Shown: one piece after another, positions 10,305 through 19,690 of the stretch
How positions within the stretch are numbered: position 1 is the stretch's first letter
How the letters are laid out: every line of letters begins with the position of its first letter
Assembly (NCBI GenBank): GCA_043754515.1
Contig: JAYUUO010000282.1
Location: forward strand, 1 to 64,000
Origin: Armatimonadota bacterium
GTDB lineage: Bacteria; Armatimonadota; Armatimonadia; Armatimonadales; Armatimonadaceae
Direction of reading: 5' to 3'
Length of the DNA stretch: 64,000 nt
Notes under the pieces: generated by a model
The model's input: only the letters and a program-made list of their open reading frames with translations
What the model was told of the DNA's origin: nothing
Database searches by the model: none
Position numbers and translations under genes: made by a program

Positions 10305-11368
10305 TGAACTTTATGAATATTTTGTATCTCGGTGTTGATAAAGGTACGACTAAACAGCGGGTCCAGGCCCTCCGACGATTAGGGCATGGCGTGGTCATCT
10401 GCCCTCCCGAACAGTTCGTTCCGGGGGAGGGCGTGCTTTCTAAAATCCACTGGGAGACGGGGGGGCTGATGATCGCCGAACGAGTACGCAAATCGGTTAT
10501 CGCGGCGGTACCGACTTCACTGAAATTCGATTGCGTGCTCGTTGATGGCGGGCGGTATGTCAGCCCGGCTCTCGTCCGGGATCTGCGGTCGCGGTTCGGA
10601 CCGGTGGCACTGTTCAACCATGACGACCCATTCGGCTGGCGTGACCGGCTCTCCTGGTTGTTGTTCCGGAGCGCGGTCTCTGAATATGATCTCGTGGTAG
10701 TCGTCCGAACGCCAAACCTGTCCGAGGCGAAGGGACTGGGTGCGAAGCGGGTTCTTCATGTGTACCGCTGTGCCGACGAAATCGCACACGCCCCCCGCCC
10801 GATTTCTACCGAAGACCGGGCGCGGTTCGATAGCGATGTACTGTTTCTAGGAACGTGGATGGGCCAGCGCGGTGCCTTCTTGCGGGAGTTGAGAGCACTC
10901 GGCGTGCCAATCACCATACAAGGGAGTAGCTGGCAAAAATGTCCGGAGTGGTTGGATTTGAGGGACTCGTGGCGCGGGCCTGCTCTGGATGATGCGGACG
11001 GCTGTGATTACTCGAAAGCCATCCAATGCGCCAAGATCTCGCTCGGTTTCCTATCCAAGGGAAACCGTGATTCGCACACGACGCGCAGTATGGAGATACC
11101 GTACATGGGTGGTTTACTATGCGCCGAGCGGACGGACGAGCACCTCGGGCTGTATGTGGACGGTAAAGAAGCCGTGTTCTGGTCCGACGTAACCGAATGT
11201 GCGGCGATCTGCCGGGAACTGCTAGCTAACGACGAGAAGCGCGCCGCGATAGCCCACAACGGTCGGATCCGCGCGCTTCAGAATGCCAATACGAACGAGG
11301 CCCTGGGACGACGGATACTAGACGCCTTAGTTCCAGTTCCGAAGGGGGTTAGGACACTACTAATATGA
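10304..11368 (+). CDS. Glycosyltransferase (CgeB / Glyco_trans_1_2-like)
   Basis: FNHDDPFG, DVLFLGTW, AKISLGFLSKGNRDSHTTRSMEIP, ERTDEH. GTG start overlaps the previous TAG; alternative ATG at 10313. Confidence 0.82.
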   Translation: MNFMNILYLGVDKGTTKQRVQALRRLGHGVVICPPEQFVPGEGVLSKIHWETGGLMIAERVRKSVIAAVPTSLKFDCVLVDGGRYVSPALVRDLRSRFGPVALFNHDDPFGWRDRLSWLLFRSAVSEYDLVVVVRTPNLSEAKGLGAKRVLHVYRCADEIAHAPRPISTEDRARFDSDVLFLGTWMGQRGAFLRELRALGVPITIQGSSWQKCPEWLDLRDSWRGPALDDADGCDYSKAIQCAKISLGFLSKGNRDSHTTRSMEIPYMGGLLCAERTDEHLGLYVDGKEAVFWSDVTECAAICRELLANDEKRAAIAHNGRIRALQNANTNEALGRRILDALVPVPKGVRTLLI

Positions 11369-12588
11369 TCACGAACCGCTATCGGGTCGCTTACTTCGTT
11401 TCCCATCCCATCCAATATCAGGCCCCTATGCTTAGATATATCGCAGATCATTCGGATATTGATGTCGAGGTCTTTTTCATCAGCGACTTCTCGATACGCG
11501 GATACAGAGACGAGGGGTTCGGCGGGATCACGGTGAAGTGGGACGTCCCCTTACTGGAGGGCTACAAGCACGAATTCCTTCCGGTGTGGGGGAGGCGTGG
11601 CGAGGTGTCGTCTCTCAGCCCGTTCTGCCACGGTGTGTTCTCACGGTTGCGAAGGGGGCACTTCGACGCGGTTTGGTGCCACGGCTGGGCACAGGTCACC
11701 ACACTACAGGCCATCCTGGCGGCGCGATTGTTAAAGATTCCGGTGCTGTTGCGGTGCGACGCACAAATAGTGAGTGCATTACGCCGTCCCGCGACGCGTG
11801 TCATCAAGGAAAAGTCGCTCCGAACGATCTTCTCCTGGGCGTCCGGCCTTCTCGCTGTCGGCCTGCATAACCGCGCGTATTATAGCCATTATGGGGTGCC
11901 GGATGACAAAATATATTCCGTGCCGTATGCGGTGGATAACGATTTTTTCCAGCGCAAGGTCGCCCTCGCGAAGCCGAACCGCGAGACCTTGCGCGCGGAA
12001 CTCGGTTTAACGGCACACCGTCCGGTGATCCTCTATGTTTCAAAGTTTGAATCCCGTAAGCGTGCGAATGACTTGCTGGAGGCATATACCCGTCTATCCG
12101 AGGACGGGCGAGTCGAACCGGAGCCTTACCTACTTTTCGTGGGCGATGGGGTGGAAAGAGCCGGGATGGAGACCCGCGCGGCCGCGACCGGCTGGTCTTC
12201 GATAAAGTTTCTCGGGTTCAAGAACCAGTCCGAACTCCCGGCACTGTTTGATCTGTGTGACGTGTTCGCCCTCGTGTCCGAGCGCGAGCCGTGGGGACTG
12301 ATCGTGAACGAGGTTATGAACGCGGGCAAGCCGGTCATCGTCAGCGAGGGTGTCGGCGCGGCACCTGATCTCGTCCGTGACGGGGTGAATGGGTTCGTGA
12401 CGCCGGTGGGCGACATAGCGTGCCTTGCCGACCGCTTGCGGCGGGTGACTTCGGATGCGACGCTCCGCGACAAGATGGGCGCGGCGAGCCTGGAAATCAT
12501 CAACGGCTATGACTTCCGCGCGGATGTAGCGGGGCTGACATCCGCGTTGCGCTCGGTCACGGGGCGCGGCGCGGCGGTGGAGCCATGA
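11365..12588 (+). CDS. GT4 glycosyltransferase
   Basis: SHPIQYQAP, WDVPLLEGY, EPWGLIVNEVMNAGKPVI. Confidence 0.92.
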   Translation: MITNRYRVAYFVSHPIQYQAPMLRYIADHSDIDVEVFFISDFSIRGYRDEGFGGITVKWDVPLLEGYKHEFLPVWGRRGEVSSLSPFCHGVFSRLRRGHFDAVWCHGWAQVTTLQAILAARLLKIPVLLRCDAQIVSALRRPATRVIKEKSLRTIFSWASGLLAVGLHNRAYYSHYGVPDDKIYSVPYAVDNDFFQRKVALAKPNRETLRAELGLTAHRPVILYVSKFESRKRANDLLEAYTRLSEDGRVEPEPYLLFVGDGVERAGMETRAAATGWSSIKFLGFKNQSELPALFDLCDVFALVSEREPWGLIVNEVMNAGKPVIVSEGVGAAPDLVRDGVNGFVTPVGDIACLADRLRRVTSDATLRDKMGAASLEIINGYDFRADVAGLTSALRSVTGRGAAVEP

Positions 12589-13745
12589 AATCGGCACTGA
12601 AGGTGGTGATGGTCGGCAACTTCGGCCCCGACGCGCAACACAGTATGGGAGGGTTTGCGTCCGCGCTTCTCGCCGGGATGCCGGATCACGAGACGCGAGT
12701 CGAAATGATCGCCCCCCGCCCGATCGTGTCGCGGAACGTCAAGCACCACGCCGTTGGGGTCGGGAAATGGCTCGCCTACGTGGACAAGTATGTGCTGTTC
12801 CCGAAGCAACTCCGCGAGCGGGCGCGCCGCGCCGATGTGCTACATATTTGTGATCAGGGTAACGGCATCTACGCGTCACAGGCGAAAGGCATCTGTCCGG
12901 TACTTTTGACCTGCCACGACCTGTTCGCCATCCGCGCGGCGCGGGGCGAGGGCGGGATGTGGCAGGTATCTAAAACGGGAAGGGCGTATCAGAAGTTGAT
13001 CTGGCGCGGGATCACGCAGGCGACGAACATCGCTTGCGACACTGATGCCACCCGGAACGATCTTCTGCGACTGCTAACAATTCCGGGGTGCTACTCGGTG
13101 GTGCCGATGGTATCGCGCGTGCTCATCGGAATGTGCAGACCCTACGCCCGGCTAGGAGCCGCCGAGTCCGAGGAGCTATTACGCGGCTCCGGGGTGCCCG
13201 ATAGCGAACCTTTCTTGCTACATGTCGGAGGTAATCAGGCTTATAAGAACCGGATAGGAGTGTTGTCTATCTATGGGTCGCTCCGCGCCCGGTTATCGCC
13301 CTGTCCGCCCCTGGTTCTTGCCGGTAGGCCGATGACGGAGGCTATGCGCGTGTTAGTAAGCGAGCAAGGATTGGGAGGAAGCGTCATAGAACTGACCGGG
13401 GCGAGCGACACGCAGATAAACGCCCTGTACTCGCGCGCCGTCGGCCTCCTATTCCCCTCCCTGATGGAGGGTTTCGGGCTACCGATCATTGAGGCGCAAG
13501 CCTGCGGCTGTCCGGTGTTCACGACGAACGCGGCCCCGATGACCGAGGTCGGCGGGAGCGCGGCTATCTATCTCGACCCGAGCGACCCCGAGGGCGCGGC
13601 GCGGATCGTCGCCGACGCACTCTCCAAGCCGGATAGGATGGCGCAATGTCAACGGGACGGTTATCGGAACGTCGCCGAGCGTTTCCCGGCGGAACGTATG
13701 ATCGAGGACTACCGAAAACTCTACCGGGAGATGTCGGGCGTATGA
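12585..13745 (+). CDS. GT4 glycosyltransferase (MtfB-like)
   Basis: TCHDL, LLHVGGNQAYKN, FPSLMEGFGLPIIEAQACGCPV. Confidence 0.92.
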   Translation: MKSALKVVMVGNFGPDAQHSMGGFASALLAGMPDHETRVEMIAPRPIVSRNVKHHAVGVGKWLAYVDKYVLFPKQLRERARRADVLHICDQGNGIYASQAKGICPVLLTCHDLFAIRAARGEGGMWQVSKTGRAYQKLIWRGITQATNIACDTDATRNDLLRLLTIPGCYSVVPMVSRVLIGMCRPYARLGAAESEELLRGSGVPDSEPFLLHVGGNQAYKNRIGVLSIYGSLRARLSPCPPLVLAGRPMTEAMRVLVSEQGLGGSVIELTGASDTQINALYSRAVGLLFPSLMEGFGLPIIEAQACGCPVFTTNAAPMTEVGGSAAIYLDPSDPEGAARIVADALSKPDRMAQCQRDGYRNVAERFPAERMIEDYRKLYREMSGV

Positions 13746-13773
13746 CCGCTGACAAAGAAGAGAGGGTGAGCGT

Positions 13774-15276
13774 ATGACGAAAACTCTGCCTTACGCGCGG
13801 AACGCTTCGCCGGCGGTTTCCGCGCTGACAAACAACCCGTTGCTCTACTGGCTGCTCGGGTCTATCGCGCTGGCGATGGGGCTGATGGTCACCGGCAGTG
13901 ACATCGTTTACGCCTTGCTGGTGGGCTGTTTCGCCCTTCTGACGGGGATGACGTTCCATGCCGTCGGTGGCTTTCACACCGTGATCGGGGTTTGCGTGCT
14001 GAATTTGGCGTGCCAGCACGTCCTCATCTCGCAGGTAGCGAAGGTCATCTACAACGAGCGCGCCGACACCCCCCTTTACGAGCCGGTACAAACGTTGTGC
14101 GTCTATTGCGTGGGGATGGCGAGTCTCCTCGCGGGGGCATACTTCCTCCGCGCGGTTCATATTATGGAGAAGCCGTCGGCACTCGTCCCCCGGTTCGAGC
14201 AACGCTGGTTGCTGACATTCGCGCTACTCTCTACGTTTGCCACTTTCGCGCGGTTTCTAATCATAATGGCATTCAGCCATCAGACGGGCGGCATCATCGG
14301 CCCGGTTAGATCCGCCGAAATAATCCCCTCAATGGCGGTCGCCGCATCCACCGTTTATACGATTTGCGAGAGCAAGGGGCGACGTAGTCTGTCGTGGGTG
14401 AACGGGCTATCACTTTTCACGATCTTCGCCTTCGCGGTAGTTAGTGCCGGGCGCAGTTCTATGTTCATGTGCCTAATCACCTATTCCGTCACTTGTCTGG
14501 CGTATGGCTACAAACTCCGCATAAAGCATCTGATCTGCTTCGCGCTGCTAGGTTTCGTCGCCAATGTATACTTGTTCCCCTACGCTCTTTATGCGCGTAA
14601 CTTCACGCGAACCAGCGACGTCGGCAAGAACACCTCCCGCGCCCGGGACCTACTTATTGATGTCGTGCAGGACCCTCGGAAGTATGCGGAAAGAACAAAT
14701 ACGCACCATTACGAATCCAGTGCGCAACGTCGTATCGAACGATATTTCGACACCGTCGAAAGCACCATGGGGCGCTATCACGTGATGAGTTCGGTGGACG
14801 CGGTTGTTTCCTCTTCGCAAGATAAGCAAGAGTACGGATGGAGGACGATCAAGCCGGTAGTCGGGATGTTGTCGCCGGGGTTTCTGAACCCCAACAAACA
14901 CATCGTCCAAACGTCTAATCTGCTGGCGCATAGCGCGAGAGGTTTGGTGAGCGAGGAGGATAAAACGACAGGGATAACGCTGGGCTTCTTCTGCGACGCT
15001 TATGCCAGTTTTCGCTGGATCGGCATCATCATTACGCCGTTCCTTCTGCTCGTCGGGCTATCGGTAACGGTTCAGAAGTGCTTTGGTCTGCAGTTGAGAC
15101 ACAATTTCTTTGCCCTCGCGGCGGTGATACCCATGGCGTGGGCTTTTTCCGAACAGACCATCGCCGCGAACATACTGGGCATCGAAGGCGTGCTAGTTTC
15201 CACCGGCATCTACTTCCTGTTCGGCCATGTCTCGACGGTCTTGTCGGACGCTCCGCGTAGGGCGTCCGTGGAGTAG
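13774..15276 (+). CDS. Putative oligosaccharide repeat-unit polymerase (Wzy-like)
   Basis: About 11 TM segments with a large periplasmic loop. It is the only unassigned polytopic protein in a wzx/wzc/wza locus, so the call rests on topology and context. Confidence 0.6.
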   Translation: MTKTLPYARNASPAVSALTNNPLLYWLLGSIALAMGLMVTGSDIVYALLVGCFALLTGMTFHAVGGFHTVIGVCVLNLACQHVLISQVAKVIYNERADTPLYEPVQTLCVYCVGMASLLAGAYFLRAVHIMEKPSALVPRFEQRWLLTFALLSTFATFARFLIIMAFSHQTGGIIGPVRSAEIIPSMAVAASTVYTICESKGRRSLSWVNGLSLFTIFAFAVVSAGRSSMFMCLITYSVTCLAYGYKLRIKHLICFALLGFVANVYLFPYALYARNFTRTSDVGKNTSRARDLLIDVVQDPRKYAERTNTHHYESSAQRRIERYFDTVESTMGRYHVMSSVDAVVSSSQDKQEYGWRTIKPVVGMLSPGFLNPNKHIVQTSNLLAHSARGLVSEEDKTTGITLGFFCDAYASFRWIGIIITPFLLLVGLSVTVQKCFGLQLRHNFFALAAVIPMAWAFSEQTIAANILGIEGVLVSTGIYFLFGHVSTVLSDAPRRASVE

Positions 15277-15283
15277 CCCGACT

Positions 15284-16444
15284 ATGAAACATCTGCACGT
15301 TATAGCGAGCGTCAACCCGGAAGGGGGCGGTCCCATCGAAGGGATACGCCAAATATCGGCCGTCGCTAAGCAACTAGGGTATGCCGTCGAGGTGGCGTCG
15401 CTAGACAGCCCCGACGCACCATTCCTGCGTGATTTCCCGATCCCTGTTCATCCGCTCGGCCCGATGGTGGGTCGGTACGGGTACACGAGTCGCTTGGTCC
15501 CCTGGCTGAGAGCGAATGCTGGCGACTACGACATCGTCATTTTGAACGGCATATGGATGTATTCGTCGTTCGGAGGTCACCTCGGGTTGAAGGATAGCGG
15601 CGTGCCCTACGTCGTTTTCACACACGGGATGCTGGATCCGTACTTCAAAACGTTCCCGCTGAAGCACCTGAAAAAGTCCCTGTACTGGCCGTTGGCGGAA
15701 TACCGAGTGTTACGCGACGCGGCGGGGGTGTGCTTTACCTGCGAGGAGGAGAAAATCCTGGCCAGGGGATCGTTCGCGCCTTACCGGTGCAACGAAATCG
15801 TGGTGAACTATGGCACCGCCGGACCCCCGCGCGGCGGGGTGAACGAAGCCGCGCAACGCGCCGCGTTTGTAGAAGCATTCCCTGAACTAGCCGGGAAGCG
15901 CCTCCTCCTATTTCTGAGCCGCATCCACCCTAAAAAGGGATGTGATCTGCTGATTGATGGGTTCGCCGCCGTGGCGAAATTATATCCTACGCTCCGACTC
16001 GTTATGGCGGGGCCGGACCAGACGGGGTGGAAAGCGGAACTCTCGGCGAGAGCAGCGAAGGCGGGCGTCGCCGACCGAATCACCTGGGCGGGGATGCTGT
16101 CCGGGGACAAGAAGTGGGGCGCGTTCCGTTGCGCCGAGGCATTCGTCCTGCCGTCGCACCAGGAGAACTTCGGTATAGTCGTCGCGGAAGCCCTCGCCTG
16201 CGGTACGCCAGTGCTAATAACGACGAAGGTCAATATTTGGCGGGAGATAGAAAGCGACGGGGCGGGCTTGGTCGAGAGTGATACCGGAGAAGGAATTACT
16301 CGGCTACTAACGCGCTGGTTACATCTCCCGGACGCGGAACGCCAGCGGATGCGCGAGGCCGCCCAGACCTGTTTCCTGTCACGGTTTGAGATCGAGAGCG
16401 CGGCGCATAGCCTGTTCCGCGTCCTCACGGCGTACAAAAAGTAG
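15284..16444 (+). CDS. GT4 glycosyltransferase
   Basis: MKHLHVIASVNPEGGGP, HGMLDP, FLSRIHPKKG, SHQENFGIVVAEALACG; ATG 15284 follows GGAG. Confidence 0.93.
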   Translation: MKHLHVIASVNPEGGGPIEGIRQISAVAKQLGYAVEVASLDSPDAPFLRDFPIPVHPLGPMVGRYGYTSRLVPWLRANAGDYDIVILNGIWMYSSFGGHLGLKDSGVPYVVFTHGMLDPYFKTFPLKHLKKSLYWPLAEYRVLRDAAGVCFTCEEEKILARGSFAPYRCNEIVVNYGTAGPPRGGVNEAAQRAAFVEAFPELAGKRLLLFLSRIHPKKGCDLLIDGFAAVAKLYPTLRLVMAGPDQTGWKAELSARAAKAGVADRITWAGMLSGDKKWGAFRCAEAFVLPSHQENFGIVVAEALACGTPVLITTKVNIWREIESDGAGLVESDTGEGITRLLTRWLHLPDAERQRMREAAQTCFLSRFEIESAAHSLFRVLTAYKK

Positions 16445-16603
16445 ATAGCGTAAGTCAAGTACGAGGATCGTGTGCCGCGATCAGGCGGGGGATATACTAA
16501 CTAATGGCCGTAAGCTACTACAGGAAGAAAGCACCCACTCAGGCACAGCGCGGTAAATCTTCCGCCATAACTTTATTCGCGCGACAAGTTCGAGGAAGTA
16601 GCC

Positions 16604-17833
16604 ATCACTAAACCCATCCCTACAGAACCTAGCCTGACCCTCCCTATTTCTCTGAACGAAAATCAGCGGAACACAAAACAAAGCAGTCTACATCTACGAT
16701 ATTTAGATGGCTTACGTGGCGCGGCGGCACTCTACGTAGTGCTTTATCACGTACAGCTTTTCACGGGGCTTTATGGAGCGACATCACGCTGCCCCGTATG
16801 GCTCCGGTACTGCGCGGCGTGGTTGACGTATGGGCACTATGCGGTACCTGTGTTCATCGTACTTTCTGGCTACTGTATCTTCCTCCCTTTAATGCGAAAA
16901 CGGCCAAACTACGGCTATCCATGGCTTAAAGAGTTCTTTAAACGCCGAGCACGTCGGATTTTACCAGCCTATTATGCCGCGTTGATCACCGCCGTCGGGT
17001 TGGTTTATGCTAGCAAAGTCGCACATCTAATCGAAACGGATGGGCATCTGAATGCCACGGATATTTTATCCCATCTGTTTCTCGTGCATAATTGGACGAT
17101 CTACTCGCGCGCCCTTGACGGACCAATGTGGAGTGTCGCGGTGGAGTGGCAAATATATTTTATTTTCGCAATCGCTCTATTACCCGTTTTCCTTCGTTTT
17201 GGGATGATTGCGGTAGTATCGGTCGCTTTTATAGTCGGTATTATCCCTCACCTCTTTCTCCGAAATCATACCTACGACGATCAAGCGACTTTTTACGTCG
17301 TCGGGTTTGCCTTCGGCATGGCAGCATCCTGGGTGAATTTTTCCCCTGATGAACGCGCATTCATTCTCAGGAGTCACATCCCCTGGCTGCAAATTTCGCT
17401 TGTCGCTATGGCAGTGGTGATAACTCTGTGTGCCGTGCACCCGATCGCAGTTTTTCAGTTAGGTCAAATACCGTTCCTTCCGAATTGGGCGGCGGATGGT
17501 GTCGTCGAGATGATGTCCGCGATGTTGATCATCGGTCTAACTAAAATAGCCTTGACTTCTGGTGGCAAAGACGGAATTGTTATTCATCTCCTCGAACATC
17601 CATGGCTTGTCAGGTTTGGGATATTTTCCTACAGCGTGTATCTCGTTCATCAATTGCTTTTACGCGTTTTTGTAGATTTCTTCGCGAAACATATGTTTCA
17701 CCTTGATGAGATGGGGTCGTTCTGTCTTGTGATAGCTACGTTGCCAGTCTTGATATACCTTTGTTACTTATTTTATCTTGTTTTTGAACGCCCATTCATA
17801 TCAAAAGCTAAAGTTAGCGAGGCCGCTGGATGA
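16604..17833 (+). CDS. Acyltransferase family 3 (second paralog); start uncertain, probably non-canonical
   Basis: Frame is open from 16571 and contains LRYLDGLRGAAALYV upstream of the track's GTG 16739. Also FIVLSGY, RRARRILPAYY, WSVAVEWQIY, FSYSVYLVH, FERPF. Confidence 0.88.
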   Translation: MTKPIPTEPSLTLPISLNENQRNTKQSSLHLRYLDGLRGAAALYVVLYHVQLFTGLYGATSRCPVWLRYCAAWLTYGHYAVPVFIVLSGYCIFLPLMRKRPNYGYPWLKEFFKRRARRILPAYYAALITAVGLVYASKVAHLIETDGHLNATDILSHLFLVHNWTIYSRALDGPMWSVAVEWQIYFIFAIALLPVFLRFGMIAVVSVAFIVGIIPHLFLRNHTYDDQATFYVVGFAFGMAASWVNFSPDERAFILRSHIPWLQISLVAMAVVITLCAVHPIAVFQLGQIPFLPNWAADGVVEMMSAMLIIGLTKIALTSGGKDGIVIHLLEHPWLVRFGIFSYSVYLVHQLLLRVFVDFFAKHMFHLDEMGSFCLVIATLPVLIYLCYLFYLVFERPFISKAKVSEAAG

Positions 17834-17948
17834 ACCTCAGAGGATGCCGTTCCGCGCGGCTCACTATGCTCCCGGTTATAGTGTGCGCGACTTTCGGGTC
17901 GCCCCCTGTTGGTACGCTGGAGTTTGCCAGGGAGAGATTTACCAAAAG

Positions 17949-19106
17949 ATGAAGATAACTATTGTACAAGGGGCGTTTCTGCCGGTTCCTCCCGTGATGG
18001 GTGGGGCCGTGGAAAAGGTCTGGTACGCCCTCGGCAGTGAGTTTGCGCGTAGCGGTCATGAAGTCACTCACATCTCGCGCGGATACGGCGATCTCCCAAC
18101 CATGGAAACTCACGCCGGAGTCTTCCACCACCGTGTTCCTGGCTACGATACGCCATCGTCTTTAGCGAAGTTGAAGGCACTTGACCTCCTGTATTCGATT
18201 CGCGTGTTGCGCTCGTTGCCGCGCGCCGACATCCTCGTAACCAATACGTTCTGGCTACCCGTCCTCGCGCAACACATTCAGCGGCGAGTCGGCCGCTTAT
18301 ATGTCCACGTTCAGCGTTACCCGAAAGGGCAGATGGGATTATATAGCAAGTCTGCTCGCTTACAAACGGTGTCGAAGGTAATCGCGAACGCCATCAAGGG
18401 GCAGTCTCCGAACAGTGCCGCCAGAGTCAATGTGATACCGAATCCCCTTCCGGGAAGCGCGTTCTCCGACGCTGTCATCCCGATCGCTGACCGCCCAAAA
18501 CGGATACTTTTTGTAGGAAGAATCCACCCGGAGAAGGGGATCGAACTCCTTCTCGCCGCGTTCGCCCGGCTAGTGAATGGGGACGAACACAAGAAGGATT
18601 GGCGGCTGATCGTCGTCGGCCCGTGGGAAAGTAAATTCGGCGGCGGGGGCGGGCTTTTCATGGATAAGTTACGTGAGCAGTCGCGAGTCGGGTTCGGCGA
18701 TCCCGGAAAGGTCGAATGGGTCGGGCCAGTCTTTGACGCATCCTTGCTACGGATGCACTTCGAGAATAGTCGTATTTTCGTTTACCCGTCGCTCGCGGGC
18801 AAGGGTGAGGCATCCCCGGTAGCGCCGCTCGAGGCGATGGCTTGCGGGTGTGCCACGCTAGTATCCGACCTGGAGTGCTTCCGCGATTACCTGACCCCGG
18901 ATGTCAATGGATTCGTGTTTGATCATCGCGGTGAGGGTGGAGCACTCCGCCTCGCCGTGAGACTCCTGGAATTAACCGATGCTCCCGAGACATTACAGGC
19001 TGTAGCGACACAAGGTATCATCACGGCAAGAACTTTCGCCGCCGAGACTGTATCGCGTGCTTACTTGAACGACTTCGACCGTGTGCTGGCGGAAGCGAAG
19101 CCGTGA
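17949..19106 (+). CDS. GT4 glycosyltransferase
   Basis: MKITIVQGAFLPVPPVMGGAVEK, FVGRIHPEKG, GEASPVAPLEAMACG; GGAGAG upstream. Confidence 0.92.
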   Translation: MKITIVQGAFLPVPPVMGGAVEKVWYALGSEFARSGHEVTHISRGYGDLPTMETHAGVFHHRVPGYDTPSSLAKLKALDLLYSIRVLRSLPRADILVTNTFWLPVLAQHIQRRVGRLYVHVQRYPKGQMGLYSKSARLQTVSKVIANAIKGQSPNSAARVNVIPNPLPGSAFSDAVIPIADRPKRILFVGRIHPEKGIELLLAAFARLVNGDEHKKDWRLIVVGPWESKFGGGGGLFMDKLREQSRVGFGDPGKVEWVGPVFDASLLRMHFENSRIFVYPSLAGKGEASPVAPLEAMACGCATLVSDLECFRDYLTPDVNGFVFDHRGEGGALRLAVRLLELTDAPETLQAVATQGIITARTFAAETVSRAYLNDFDRVLAEAKP

Positions 19107-19690
19107 AAGTGTCAGCACAAAAGACGTTCGTTCAAGCATCCGCTTATGCCTCGCCACATCCGCTCCGGATGCGCCTCTCTCTCCTGCTGTGGGACATCAT
19201 ATGGCAGGGGCTTTGCGCCTGGACGCCGAAGCCGATGAACCGCTGGCGACTTTTCGTCCTGAAGCGGTTCGGGGCGACCTTACACGGTACGCCTTTCGTC
19301 CACCAGCGTTCACGCATCCATATGCCGTGGAACCTTGTGATGCACGACCGGGCGTGCCTGGGCGACGGCGCGGTGGCATATTCTCAGGGCGTGATCGAAA
19401 TACACGCGCGGGCAACTGTTGCCCAGGAAGCATACCTCTGCACCGGCACTCACGACTTTTCTCAGAGGGAATTGCCGCTCATAACCGCCCCTGTGATCGT
19501 GGGCGAAGATGCGTTCGTCGGGGCGCGGGCTTTTATCATGCCGGGCGTAACGGTGGGGGCGGGCAGCATAGTCGGGGCGATGTCCGTTGTAACGAAAGAC
19601 GTCCCCCCGCAAGTGACCGTCGCGGGAAATCCGATCAGAGTCATCCGCGACACAGGCGTCGCGTGCGCTTCGGCGGGAGATGCCCGATGA
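19103..19690 (+). CDS. wcaF: WcaF-like hexapeptide-repeat acetyltransferase
   Basis: WRLFVLKRFGA, IHMPWNL, AQEAYLCTGTHDF, AGNP. Confidence 0.88.
   Translation: MKVSAQKTFVQASAYASPHPLRMRLSLLLWDIIWQGLCAWTPKPMNRWRLFVLKRFGATLHGTPFVHQRSRIHMPWNLVMHDRACLGDGAVAYSQGVIEIHARATVAQEAYLCTGTHDFSQRELPLITAPVIVGEDAFVGARAFIMPGVTVGAGSIVGAMSVVTKDVPPQVTVAGNPIRVIRDTGVACASAGDAR

Noticed and set aside
19081..19686. 200-aa N-terminal extension of the GT2 protein
   Set aside because: It overlaps wcaF in another frame; the GT2 fold starts at ATG 19687 with an ATGA overlap.
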